Shown here piece by piece: positions 23,147 to 34,503 of a DNA stretch of 64,000 bases. The position numbers and the translations under genes are program-made. The notes under the pieces were generated by a model. That model saw only the letters and a program-made list of their open reading frames with translations, did not search any database and had not been told where the DNA came from. The stretch is from Salisapilia sapeloensis CBS 127946. Lineage: Eukaryota; Protista; Oomycota. Each line of letters starts with the position of its first letter. The first letter of the stretch is position 1. The stretch spans positions 55,495-119,494 of the forward strand of contig JAADVB010000025.1 of NCBI GenBank assembly GCA_023334545.1. The letters are read 5' to 3'.

Positions 23147-26100
23147 TTAGAGTAGATGCCAGCGACGTAGGGTCTGATGCAGCTGTGTGTTAAAGTCTCC
23201 TTGTACTTGCTTACGGATCTTCCATTGCCGATAGGAACGTTGTAAGACTCTTGCTTTTTGATGCTCCATGGGTGGTCTTGAAGCAAAGTAGCTCGTGATT
23301 GTGAACTCTACGAGTGATGGCGTGATTGCTAGCGTGCTGACGGGACTGAACGGAGCTACTTTACGTGCTCGATTCTTTGCTGCAACGCGAAAGTAGTATC
23401 CTGTCTTCGGACGAAGGCTGCAGACAGTTAGTTCATGCTTTGAAGCAGAGGTAGTTGACATTCCGGCAGATGTCCAAAAGGAGTCGGTTGATGGGTGAAC
23501 AGAAGTACTTAGGTCTGCGTCAGGGGCGCACTGGTACTGGAGAATGTAGGTGGATAACTCGGACCCTCCATCGTTTTCAGGTGGATTCCACTGGACACTA
23601 ATCTTTGTTGGAGCTACTTCAGTGATGATTGGAGCTATTGGAATTGTGGCCGGGGCAGAAGTATCGGCAGTGCGGGTGGGCTTGCTAAACCCGCTAAACA
23701 TCCCAGCGCCTAGTTCATTGACGGCTTGGACGGCAATGAGGTAACGCGTACCACCGGATAGGTGATCTAAATCGAAAACCCATGATCGCTTTGACTTCCT
23801 CGGCTCAGTTTCATACGGAATGAGTTCACTAGCCTCGAGTGTAAACTCTCGTTCGACTTGTTTGGTGACGATACCAAACTCAACGTCTTCACGCTCAAAG
23901 ATAAAGTTATATCGCATAATCTGAGCTCCATTACATTTTGGTTCATCAAAGACTGCTCGTATAGAGTAAGATGTCGGAGTAATGAGCGTCGGTGGTGAAG
24001 GTGCAATTGGGACGTCTCGGAGTGTGGATACTAGTACTGATGATGGTGAGAAGTCAGAAAAGCACAGCTTATTGTCGATAAGATTCGTTGCTGCAATCCA
24101 AGTTCGGACAAATTGACCGGGCTCGAGCCCTTCGATTGTAAATTTCATTGCTGGAACTTCCTGTGCTAGCATCGTGTGCTCTTCATACTTTGCAATGTTC
24201 TCTACTTTCATCTCAAAAGTATCTTCGTTTTCTTGAAACTGCTTCCATCGTAGCACATACTGCAGGATTTCACTTCCATTGCATCGAGGTTTTTCCCATT
24301 GAATACTGATTTGGCTCTTCCCAATATCTACGATTGCTGGTGGCTTTGGGATGTCTGGCTTTGACGAATCCATCTTGACGTAGTCACTCACTTGAGAGAA
24401 ATTCCCCAAGCCACATCGATTTTCAGCAGCGACAACAAACTGGTAGATTTCACCTGCCCATAAGTCGCTTAAGGTGTATGCGAACACAGCTTCCTTTGGT
24501 TTGCCCGTGGCGTCTACCTTTTGATCCTTTGCTCTTATCATTTTAACTTTCTTTGATACTTTTGGCACTTTTGTTGGCGGTGTTTTGGTCTCGCTTTCAC
24601 GAGTTCTATCCACCAAGACGTCCGCAATGTCTTGCAATGAAAGCTGGGTAGCTGGGATTTGCACTTCATGAACAGGAACGATAGATTTTCTTTCTGGTAG
24701 ACATCGTATTGTATAGGAAGTAATGACAGCGCCATTCGGACACGGGTAGGTCCACAACAGTCGGATGGAATTAGCTTGTACGTCTGTGAATTGAACGGGC
24801 TTGGTAACCTGGGAGGGGATGAAAGCCAGCGTCTCAGTGACTACTGTCTCACTGTATTTACCAGTATCAATCTACAGCACAACATGTAAGACGATGAACA
24901 CATAGAGTTGCGATAAAAAGTTATAAAGACGAACGGAATTCACTGCAGCGACATCTAACTGGTACTGTACGCCTGGCAATAAATTGCCCACAGTTCCAGC
25001 CTTGTACTTTGCTAGAACCTTTGTTTCTAGCTTGCGCTTAGGCTGACCACTCTTGTCAGCTCCATCGGTAAGCTGCGTCGTGCGAATAAGATAGTGAGTG
25101 ATCGCAGACCCATTGCCAACGGGATGCTCCCATGAAATTGATATCTCGAATCGATCTACACGATCTACATGAAGTTGCGCTGGTGCATCAGGAGGTGCAG
25201 GTCGCACACACCACTGAAATACATTACAATCGTTGCTGGTAGAAACAATAAACATGGCTGTTGGATCAAAGGTACAGGAAGTTACCGCATCGTAATGACC
25301 AGAAAGCGTAAATACACAGTCGAGGCTGGTCTTTGTCTGTACGTTCTTCCACACCTTGACGAGATTATCTTTACCCCCAGTTGCAAGCAGCATGGGATAT
25401 CCGCTCTCTTGACATGCAGCGGATGGTGTCAGTGCACACGTGAGAATTGACAATGTATGTGCTTCTTTTGTACTGCTTTGAAAGACTCCACTATCTAGCT
25501 GCCAAGTTTTAATAGTCTTGTCGATAGATACGGTAACAAGAAGGTTCTCTTCAACAGACACATCGCAGCAAGTAATTGATGCTGTATGCGCAATAAACTT
25601 TCCTTTCTACTAGTATTTTATTACAAGACTGGTAAAATAAAATATGTGCTAGTTTCCATACCTCTGAAGTAGTGGGCAGTTGATATCGTAGATACTCCTT
25701 TTGAATCGCTATAGGCGATCGGATTGTGACGCACTCTTGCGAGTTTCGTCTTGCGTCCTGAAGCGGTGCCTGTGGATTAAGTAGGTATTCGAAATCGAAA
25801 TGCTCAATGGCTTCAACTTTTTGTTTGAGCCTTTCAACTTCAGAGATAGCAGTGGTTTCTACAGACTGTACTGTACTATTTGGCTGTGCTTGCTGTGATG
25901 CAAACTGAAATATACTGGCTTCTTCTTTATCCTTTCCTTCGCCACTTACTAGTGTGGAAATGCCTGGCAATGATAATGCTGGTAACACAGTATCTGGTAG
26001 GCAATAGTGTGCCCAGGAATCATTTGAAAGGAGAGAGCTCAATGTGTCGTGGGTTGTGAGCATTCTCATTGTCCTCTCGAATGACAATGAGTATGGGATT

Positions 26101-27219
26101 GCCGTTTCCCAATCATCTACTTTCTTCCTGAATGATGTGGTTTCTCTTTCTTGAATTGCTTCTTGAGAAGGCACTGACCATACTTTTACCTCTTCCCCAC
26201 CGCACAGGATCAATAGTGATGGTTCAGATAGGAAAGCTACAGATGTGATGCCACTCATGAATGCCCCATACGCATGCAATGGATGTACTCGGTACTCTTT
26301 AGAAGTGATGAATTTCAGTTTCCATAAAATGGCAGTTGAATCGTACGATGCCGTGACAAGGTATTCGCCACATAAAGAGAATTGGACACCAGATATCTGC
26401 TGCTCATGGCCACAAACAGCACTTTCATTGTGCGATTGATCCGGTACTATAGTCAAAGACACGTTCGCTGCTCTATACATGCATGTTGCAAAGGTATGAT
26501 CTATGCATATTTTATACTCACCATTCCGTACATTTTATCTAGCCTCCATACCTGCAGCATACACAATCGGAAAGTAGACATCATTGTTGTCATAGCGTAG
26601 ACAACCTACATCACCACATATATGTTGAGCATACGTCGGTGAAGTTTGCATAGCTGCAAGTCGATCTTTATTTTTCATATTCCAGACCACAACTCTAGAC
26701 AAGTAGTTACATGCCCATTCTACTTTCGATACAAGTAAAAGTATGCTTACTGATCCAAGCCGAATGATATAAGATACATCTCTGACTGACCATTCGTTCG
26801 ACCTGATGCAATCGCTGTATGCCTCACGGATCGACGATGTTCATCGTAGCGTTTCGAAAGCATCCCATCCGTGATGCGAGGTCGTCTAGCTTCACGGAAC
26901 TCGCCATCGATAAAGTAAAAACCTATTAACTAGTAATCTATCTGCTATAAAATCACAAATATGAATGCAAACCATCTTCACGAACTGCATCCTCTTTCAG
27001 TTTCGCTTGCAGCGAAGCAAGTGCTTGTCTCGCTTTTTCCTTTTCTTCATCCGTCCGACCATCGCCTTGGACTTCAAAGAGCGCTCGCTCCTTTTCCAAT
27101 CTTATCTGTCGTCGAGTAGCTCGCCCGACCATGCTTAAGACGAGACCAAGTGTCTCTTCAACGTCCGTTATTTCATTAGCTCCAATGTACTTCCTGTAGG
27201 TCAAAAAACCATTCGACAT
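23147..27219 (-). CDS. WD40-repeat / multiple fibronectin type III / C-terminal IQ-motif protein; start at ATG 27219 or 27132; several introns
   Basis: WD repeats (GHEQQISGVQFS..LVTASYDSTAILW; GHYDAVTSCTF), about 5-6 FN3 repeats (ISWEHPVGNGSAITHY; WNPPENDGGSELSTY) and ARVLQRSYRQWKIRK. Confidence 0.75.
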
Positions 27220-27250
27220 TCCATTCGTCTTACAAGTCTAAGGTTTCTAT

Positions 27251-28499
27251 CTACAAGTACTTTGAGATGGTATCTAGTAAATCTTGCGGATTGTCAATGT
27301 GCACCCAATGACCAGAGTTTTTCAGCAGATGATGATGCACATTCTGGTCTTCTAGTTGCTTTAGCTTGTCGACAATCTCTTTCGTCCACATGGAATTCCT
27401 TTCTGCCTGGACAAAGTGCAGCTGGACATCGTCAAAAGCTGATGATGCGTTCTCTACAAGTGGCCATAGGTCTGTCGATAAAAAGTTTTGGAAGAGAGTT
27501 TCGATGACCTCAATGTCCATCTTCCACGTGTATTCTTCCGGATTGGTCTTTGTTAGACGGAGATTGGTCGTTAGCCACTGCGCTTCTCCGAGCCCAATGC
27601 CCTTTGCCTGTAGATCTTCGATGAGCTCTTTCTTGGACGTAATGGGAAGAGGGATTTCCTTCACTGAAGGAAGGACATTCTCCACAGACGCGGTTAAAGC
27701 CCGGTTCTTGTAGTCATTTTTAGCTGTCGTAAACGGCGTTTAGCACGTATAAATGAAGGTTTTGGGATAAGCAATACCTGTTCCAGGAAGCGAATCGAGG
27801 ACCCAAGCTTGGTCTGGTAGCTTTGCAGCGCGGTCTTTGCACGTTTGCAGATATTGAAGAGCGACTTTACCACCAAAGGAGTGGCCAAAGATGGCATCTG
27901 GCTCCACTTCAAGCTCTTCTGCTAAGGCACTATAGAGGGCTGTTTAGTATGGTACAAAGAAGGATTCGCGAGTGGAGAACATACATGACGTCCTCAGCAC
28001 ACGCTTCGAGGTCGTGTGGAGGAGAGAATGAGGGCGAATCGCCATGGCCTGTTTAACATTGTTATGAGGACAACTATCGCAATTGATGCAATCATCATGC
28101 AACTCACCTCGATGGTCTAGCGAAATGAATTTCCATTCTGGATGACGCTTTGTGATCCTACAAGCAGGAGGCGAAAGCAGTCGTTAGCTATACAACCACT
28201 TCGTAATGGAGACGAACGAAGGTGATACTTTTGAGAAAATGTTCGCCAATTGAGCTTATTGCCTGTGCAATGCAACATCATATACCGTCATTCATCTATT
28301 TTCGTACAACAAGTAGGATGGGTCATTGGATACCTAAAATGCCATGCATGATAAATGCTGTTTTCGTCGGTTGTGCATCGCTTGAGCTGTCTTGGAATAC
28401 GCGATAGGCTAGGGTGCTTTGAAAACGTGTCGAGACAGCACGTACAGCGTTTTGTGCCGTAGAGCGGCCGAGCGGACCTTGACGAAGAGCAGTGAGCAT
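27251..28499 (-). CDS. ABHD11: ABHD11-like alpha/beta hydrolase with mitochondrial presequence; 5 introns; largely missed by the ORF track
   Basis: Spliced: MLTALRQGPLGRS...IMHGILGNKLNW...LDHRGHGDSP...GHSFGGK...DSLPG...SGHWVHIDNP...ISKYL*. Confidence 0.85.
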
Positions 28500-29796
28500 T
28501 TCGCGATTTACGATTGTTCGAGTTGTGTCGCTTGTAAATCAAAACTTTTAAATATTTATGTATACACCTTGAATGGATAAAACACATCTTATTCGTATGT
28601 AAATTTAAATTTAAATAAATAATAATATCTTTATTTGGATGTGAAAATATCTGGACAATAAATCGGTAACGTCAATCGAGTTTAGTGTTGTTTTGTCAAA
28701 GGCGCTCGAGTATTGCCTCGATGCTTTAAGTCATATTAATCTGCTCGATCCTACTTGAACCTCATGCCGCTTAATCTTACCGAGCAATGTAGTTGTACAT
28801 GAATGTTGTATGTATTCGGAAATTTGGACCAGGTATGTGTGCTTTCGCTTGTTTGACCCAATCGATCTTCAAGATCTGCTTTAGACAATGGAAACGATTG
28901 GGCTAGAGAAAACTTTGGCACGCGTCTACTACCTTTCGTAAACAAAGACATACTAATATATGGCCTCCTGCTGAAGGTTATCCTGTATTAGTATTACCAT
29001 CTCACGACAAAAGTGATGCGCTAGGCGCTCCTTCATATAAACAGCATGTACACATGATACCATTTGCCTTTATGGCTGTGTACGCTAATTACCATGCCTC
29101 CCGTGAACGTGTTCGTTGCTCTCTGTCGTCGAGATAAAACTACAAAGCAAAAATGTACGGGCATGTTCGTGTTGAACCAGTATTCAAAGAAATTGGAAAT
29201 TCGCATGTTGCAATTCTATTCATGGTGGTAGAATCGGGTAATCCCGCGTTCGCTGAGAATTGTCGATAGTGTTTACCACTTGCCAGTGAAAACCCAACGC
29301 AACACTTCGATATGACTTTCCCGATAAACTAGGAATACAAAGCAAGTGGTTTCTACTACTGATGGGGACGTATTTCCATATTCTTGATCTAACTTACCTC
29401 TCGTGCTCCATCCTCTGTTGTAATTGAGGTTTCCATTCTCATACTGCTGTGAGCATGATCTCTGTGGAAGCTGCAATATATAGATAATATTTTCGGAGTG
29501 AATTAGGCCCCAATCAATATAGCTTTCGACGTCATCTACCTCTTTCTTCGATTTCAATCAGGCCAATACAAGAGGAACGATACCGATCACAGTTCACGCA
29601 TGCTCGTTCTCACATTGCATGTTTTGTCTCGCATAATACCTAATTGTCCTATCAACGGACACATCATTACTTCATTTTGGTCTATTTCTATCTTCGTCTC
29701 TGATGCAATCGGGATGAAACACTCTTCGAGAAAACTTCAAGGCACGCCTGATGCTCGAAATGTGCAAATTTGAAAAAAAAACACGGGAAAGACTCG

Positions 29797-29936
29797 GTGA
29801 GCTCTTCGCTTTACTTGTGCTATTGAGCTCTTCGCTATTATTTCGGAACAGGCATAGTACAGTAGTGGACGGAATAATCGGGCGACATTTTCAATGCGCA
29901 CTGTACTCTATCCCAGTAAAATGGCGAAGAGCTCAC
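29797..29936. repeat. Fold-back element: 13-bp perfect inverted repeat (29797-29809 / 29924-29936) with an internal 13-bp direct copy (29824-29836)
   Basis: GTGAGCTCTTCGC ... GCGAAGAGCTCAC read directly; further complementary blocks TTTACT/AGTAAA and AGTACAGT/ACTGTACT. Confidence 0.7.
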
Positions 29937-30614
29937 TGTTGCAAGTAAATCGAATGCAACTTCAACCTGAATGACTTCGACGATCTACCACGATATGGTC
30001 GACACTACTGCTTATCGAAGCATGACAGAGGAACGGACGGTATACATGGATAGCTACGCAAGAGTAGGGCAAACAACCAGGGCTTTTATAGTGATTTCTA
30101 GTACAGTCCATCTATGTTTCTTTTCACAACGTTGATTATTCCTTGTATTTATACTCAATTTTCTGCTGGTCGAGCACGACGTTAATACTTACAATTGATC
30201 TACCGCCAAGTGCTAGGGACGTCTAAACCGGTCAACTTCCTCTATCTGCATTCGAAGGAAAGCTCAGATTCCCGACTGACCAGTTTGCATGTCAAGTGTT
30301 TCAGGAGGTGCTCCAAGATAAATATTATAGCAGTACGAATGCGAACTCTACCTGTATAGTTTATCACATTTTTGAAGCTTTGCAGTAGTCAGATTCGAAA
30401 CCAACACTACTACAGTCGACAAGTGTGTGATTCAAACAGCATTTCAATCGTCTGCATTGACCAGCATGAAGGAGCTTTATCATCCACAGACACATGCACT
30501 TCATACAATTAGCCATGCTCCTGTATAAACTCCAGCATCCCCACCACATCTACTAGTATCCTATTGACAGCCACAATGTCTGTATCGTTTTCTTTATTCT
30601 CATTCCATTCAAGT

Positions 30615-31837
30615 CTACAGCTCTACGCCGGCCACTGCAGGCGAGCCTGCTTCTTTCTCTTCCGCGATCACCTGTCTTTCCAAGTCCATCATTGCTTCTT
30701 CCACCCGCCTCGTAATCGCCGAGTACAAGGCTTTCTCATGCTCCTCCGTCGTCCACGGGTCGTTCCCAGCGACTCGTTGCTGCTCAAACTTAGCAAAGAT
30801 GTCGTCGAAATTAATCGGTTTGCCGACCTTGACACGAACACTAATGTCTGTGCGCGGCATAAAGCTAATAATTTCGTTCTTTTCATTTTGCGGCATGATC
30901 TTTTCCATGTTGAAATGATAGAACGGGATGACGACTGGACGAGGCTCGGCACGCGCGATGAGCTTGCCAACACCCCATTTCAATCGACCAATCTCTTCAC
31001 GCAATGGACTTGGACGTCCGCCCAGTCCTATTATAGGTAATGTTTATAGAGGTTCGTGTGCAGGAGAAGGAGGATAGGATGATACCTTGCTCTTGGACGA
31101 TGCGACCTTCAGGGAAGATGTGTATCCACTCGCCTGCTTGGAGTTTCTCAAAGAGCACTTCTAGCATCTATGATATGCATGATAAGGATGTGATAGTCGA
31201 AAGCAAAGGTTTAAAAGTACTCGCTGGTCGATGCCACCGCCTCGTTTAATAGGAAGTGTCTTGGCGGCGTAGAAAAACGTCGGGACGATACCTCCGTACG
31301 TGTATCCGTACTCCTGGCTATGTATTCCATACTACGTCAACGGTTCTGTCTATCATGTAAACCAAGGCTGCATACCTGACGACACTCCATCGACTTTTCG
31401 AAGGCCACATGTACTTCCATGGAAGCATGCTAGACAAAAAGTAAGATTTCTGAGTGCTTATACGCATGCAGTAAGGATGCAATGTACGTTGCAATGACGC
31501 TTGGGTCATCTACAGTCGCAGAGTGGTTGCAGACGGTGACGAGGCCCGTTTTCAGCGGCCTCGATTCGAGCTGCTCTTCCAGAATTTCGACGCCATCCGC
31601 CTTAAAGGAGCTCAAGTGCTTTAGATATACCTTGGATGCGAGCGTTGCACCTAAGAATACAGGTGCTCGACCCAAGTCCTTGAGCCATTCCGGAAATTTG
31701 CCTTCCTTTCGGTAGCGCTGTTCATACGTGCCATCATCGAGATCCGCTGCTGGTACGTCTGCATACAAGGCAGCAGCGCCGACCGTTGCGGCTGCAACTG
31801 CCGTGCCAGTGACTACTTTGGCGGTACGTCGGAACAT
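30615..31837 (-). CDS. TAZ: Tafazzin-like cardiolipin transacylase; 4 introns
   Basis: TVCNHSATVDDP (HxxxxD), PIKRGGGIDQ, WIHIFPEGRI and RLKWGVGKLI...VVIPFYH. Confidence 0.88.
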
Positions 31838-32543
31838 AGAGAAACAGTGGACAGACTAGGAGGCAGTCTGAAACGGATGTCGATGCGTGATCCCGTGCTC
31901 GCTGATGCTCGGTGCGTTTTATAAAATTTGGCTAATTCCACCGATTCGATCCGGATGGTCGACGAGCAATCTGCTGATCAGGGTGTCGCTGCTGTCGATA
32001 TGGAGGTACGGAGATGCACTTGCGACAAGATACTTGTCTATCGTTCTAGCATTATTGTGTGGATGCTACTTTAAGAATTGAGGTGTATGGGAGGCATGCA
32101 TGCTGCAGTTTCAAAGTCGATTGTCACGACCAGACGGAGTGACTAGAAACGAATCGAATCGAATATGGCGATCAACAATCCCTTTGCTATATGCATCTAT
32201 CGAATTGCCTATAAAAGCCGTATCGGTACAAAGGTACTTGTGTAGGTGCATGGAGGAAGCAACATGAAAAGGTAGTCCGACGAGAAGGAAACGTTGATAA
32301 GATTACGCAAAAGTCGTGTGTGATGTACCGTATGCTAGGATCCACTCCACGAAGCACCATTCAATTCCTTCTTCCTATCAACGTTCTATTGCATCTACCT
32401 CTCTACACATAAACCTTGCTCTCTAGTGTATCAAAATACTTGGACCATACGCATGCAAAAAGCTCCGAGCGTCAAGTAAACTGACTGACGAGCCTCCGAA
32501 TCGACTTCTTAAAAATTTAAACTAGCGATTTGTATACTCAAGC

Positions 32544-32559
32544 GTTCATTTTCGATTTT
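32544..32559 (+). promoter_or_regulatory. Oomycete-type INR/FPR core promoter of GPD2
   Basis: GTTCATTTTCGATTTT closely matches the GCTCATTYYNCAWTTT-type consensus and lies about 50 nt upstream of the ATG. Confidence 0.6.
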
Positions 32560-32595
32560 GCGGCGACAAACGCACAAGAAGTAGAGAGCTCGATC

Positions 32596-34440
32596 ATGTT
32601 CCGTCATGGTATGCGCAAAGTCGCAGTTGGCGCCGCGTTAGGTGCAAGTGCTGCTGGTGCCTTTTCTGGTGCTGCCGTCGTTTCGGCGAAAGAAGCCAAG
32701 CGATTGGTATCGCCGATTACGTGTGAAGACGGATCGGTCATCACGCCGTACGAAACCCCGTCGCGTGAAAAGCAGATTGAACGTCTGAAGAGTGAAGACT
32801 TTGATGTCCTTGTTATCGGAAGTGGTGCCACTGGATCCGGATGTGCGCTGGATGCTGCCACGCGTGGCCTGAACACCGCGGTGGTGGAAGCCAATGACAT
32901 TGCCGGCGGCACTTCTGGTCGCTCCACCAAGCTCATCCACGGTGGTATTCGTTACCTCGAGAATGCATTCATGCACCTGGACTATGCGTCGCTCAAGCTC
33001 GTTTACGAAGCTTTGGAAGAACGTAGCTTCTTCCTCGGTGCTGCTCCGTACATGAACCGTCCTCTGCCGATCATGATTCCCATCTACAAGTGGTGGGAAG
33101 TGCCGTACATGTGGGTCGGCACGAAGATGTACGACCTCGTCGCTGGCAACAAGCGTTTCGTGCCTGGAAGCTACTACATTAACGCAGAAGAAGCTATGTT
33201 CCAGTTCCCGATGCTCCGTCGTGAGAACTTGAAAGGAGCACTCGTCTACTACGACGGTCAGATGAACGACACGCGTATGAACGTGTCCATTGCATTGACG
33301 TCGACGCAACACGGAGCTGCGTTGGCCAACTATGTGGAAGTCACTAAGCTCGTCAAGGACGACGAAGGCAAGGTGCGTGGTGCCTTTGTCAAGGACAAGC
33401 TTTCGGGTGAAGAGTGGCAGGTCAAGGCGAAGAGCGTTGTTAACGCGACGGGTCCGTTCACGGACGGCATTCGTCTCATGGACGACCCGAACAAGACCAA
33501 GATCTGTGTGCCTGCTGCTGGCGTCCACACCGTTCTCCCGGACCACTTTAGCCCTGAGCACATGGGCCTCATCGTGCCCAAGACGACCGACGGACGTGTC
33601 CTCTTCTTCCTTCCGTGGGAGAATGGAACGCTTGCTGGCACGACGGACAGTCAGTCGGACATTACGATGCTCCCGTCGCCGACAAAGTCGGAAGTGGACT
33701 TTATTATTGACGAAGCCAACCGGTACTTGGGTAAGGAAGTCAAGCGCAGTGACGTCAAGTCGGCCTGGTCTGGCATCCGTCCGCTCGTGGTGGACCCGAA
33801 GCACATGGACGGATCGGGCTCGACGTCCAAGATCTCGCGTGAGCACGTCGTCGAAGTGTCTGACTCGAACATGGTTACGATTGCTGGTGGCAAGTGGACG
33901 ACGTACCGTCGTATGGCGCAGGACGCGATTGATAAGTTAGTGGAGACGGTGCCAGAGCTCCAGAGCAAGGCGTCGGCCTGTAAGACGAAGGATGTGGGTA
34001 TCATTGGTGCCGATCGTATCGGTGAGGTGTGCAACAAGAAGTTTGACAACATCACCGTGACGCTGCGTGAGAAGTACAAGTTCGACAAGGATGTTGCGGA
34101 GCACTTGATGCGCAACTATGGTACCCGCGCGCTGCAGGTGGCTGAGATCGAGGCCAGCGGTTTCTTGGACCGTAAACCACTGGACCACCCGCGTCGTCTG
34201 CACCAAAAGTACCCCTACTTGGAAGCGGAAGTCGTGTTCGCCGTGAACCAGGAGTACGCAGAGAAGGCGACGGACGTGATTGGTCGTCGTATGCGTCTTT
34301 CGTTCATCGACAGCGGTGCCGCGCGTTCGCTCGTGCCGCGTGTGGTGAAGATGATGGGTGAGATTCGTGGCTGGTCATCTTCTCGACGTGATGCGGAGGA
34401 GAAAGAGTGCTACGAGTTCCTAGACACGATGCACAACTAG
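32596..34440 (+). CDS. GPD2: Mitochondrial FAD-dependent glycerol-3-phosphate dehydrogenase; intronless, strong codon bias
   Basis: DVLVIGSGATGSGCALDAATRGL, GTSGRSTKLIHGGIRYLE, YYDGQMNDTR, VNATGPFTD, AWSGIRPL and IAGGKWTTYRRMA. Confidence 0.95.
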   Translation: MFRHGMRKVAVGAALGASAAGAFSGAAVVSAKEAKRLVSPITCEDGSVITPYETPSREKQIERLKSEDFDVLVIGSGATGSGCALDAATRGLNTAVVEANDIAGGTSGRSTKLIHGGIRYLENAFMHLDYASLKLVYEALEERSFFLGAAPYMNRPLPIMIPIYKWWEVPYMWVGTKMYDLVAGNKRFVPGSYYINAEEAMFQFPMLRRENLKGALVYYDGQMNDTRMNVSIALTSTQHGAALANYVEVTKLVKDDEGKVRGAFVKDKLSGEEWQVKAKSVVNATGPFTDGIRLMDDPNKTKICVPAAGVHTVLPDHFSPEHMGLIVPKTTDGRVLFFLPWENGTLAGTTDSQSDITMLPSPTKSEVDFIIDEANRYLGKEVKRSDVKSAWSGIRPLVVDPKHMDGSGSTSKISREHVVEVSDSNMVTIAGGKWTTYRRMAQDAIDKLVETVPELQSKASACKTKDVGIIGADRIGEVCNKKFDNITVTLREKYKFDKDVAEHLMRNYGTRALQVAEIEASGFLDRKPLDHPRRLHQKYPYLEAEVVFAVNQEYAEKATDVIGRRMRLSFIDSGAARSLVPRVVKMMGEIRGWSSSRRDAEEKECYEFLDTMHN

Positions 34441-34503
34441 GCTTGATACCTAGTGCTACTGATTACAAAAGAGAAAGCATGGAGGAAAACAGTAAAGATT
34501 GTT

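Noticed and set aside
29273-29557. 94-aa minus-strand ORF
   Set aside because: Non-ATG start and no recognisable domain; not supported as a CDS.
29574-29583. GGAACGATAC resembling U6 snRNA
   Set aside because: Not followed by the ACAGAGA box or other U6 sequence.
29784-29800. GGGAAAGACTCGGTG resembling RNase P CR-I
   Set aside because: Spacing deviates from the consensus, and no complementary CR-V/P4 strand was found downstream.
32638-33940. 402-aa antisense ORF and 202-aa alternative-frame ORF over GPD2
   Set aside because: Expected shadow of strong C/G-ending codon bias in a highly expressed gene; the translations show no recognisable motifs.
32596-34440. GPD2 as a horizontal transfer (GC-richer, intronless)
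   Set aside because: It has a eukaryotic mitochondrial-type N-terminal extension and an INR promoter, and similar codon bias is seen in EF1A and PP2A.
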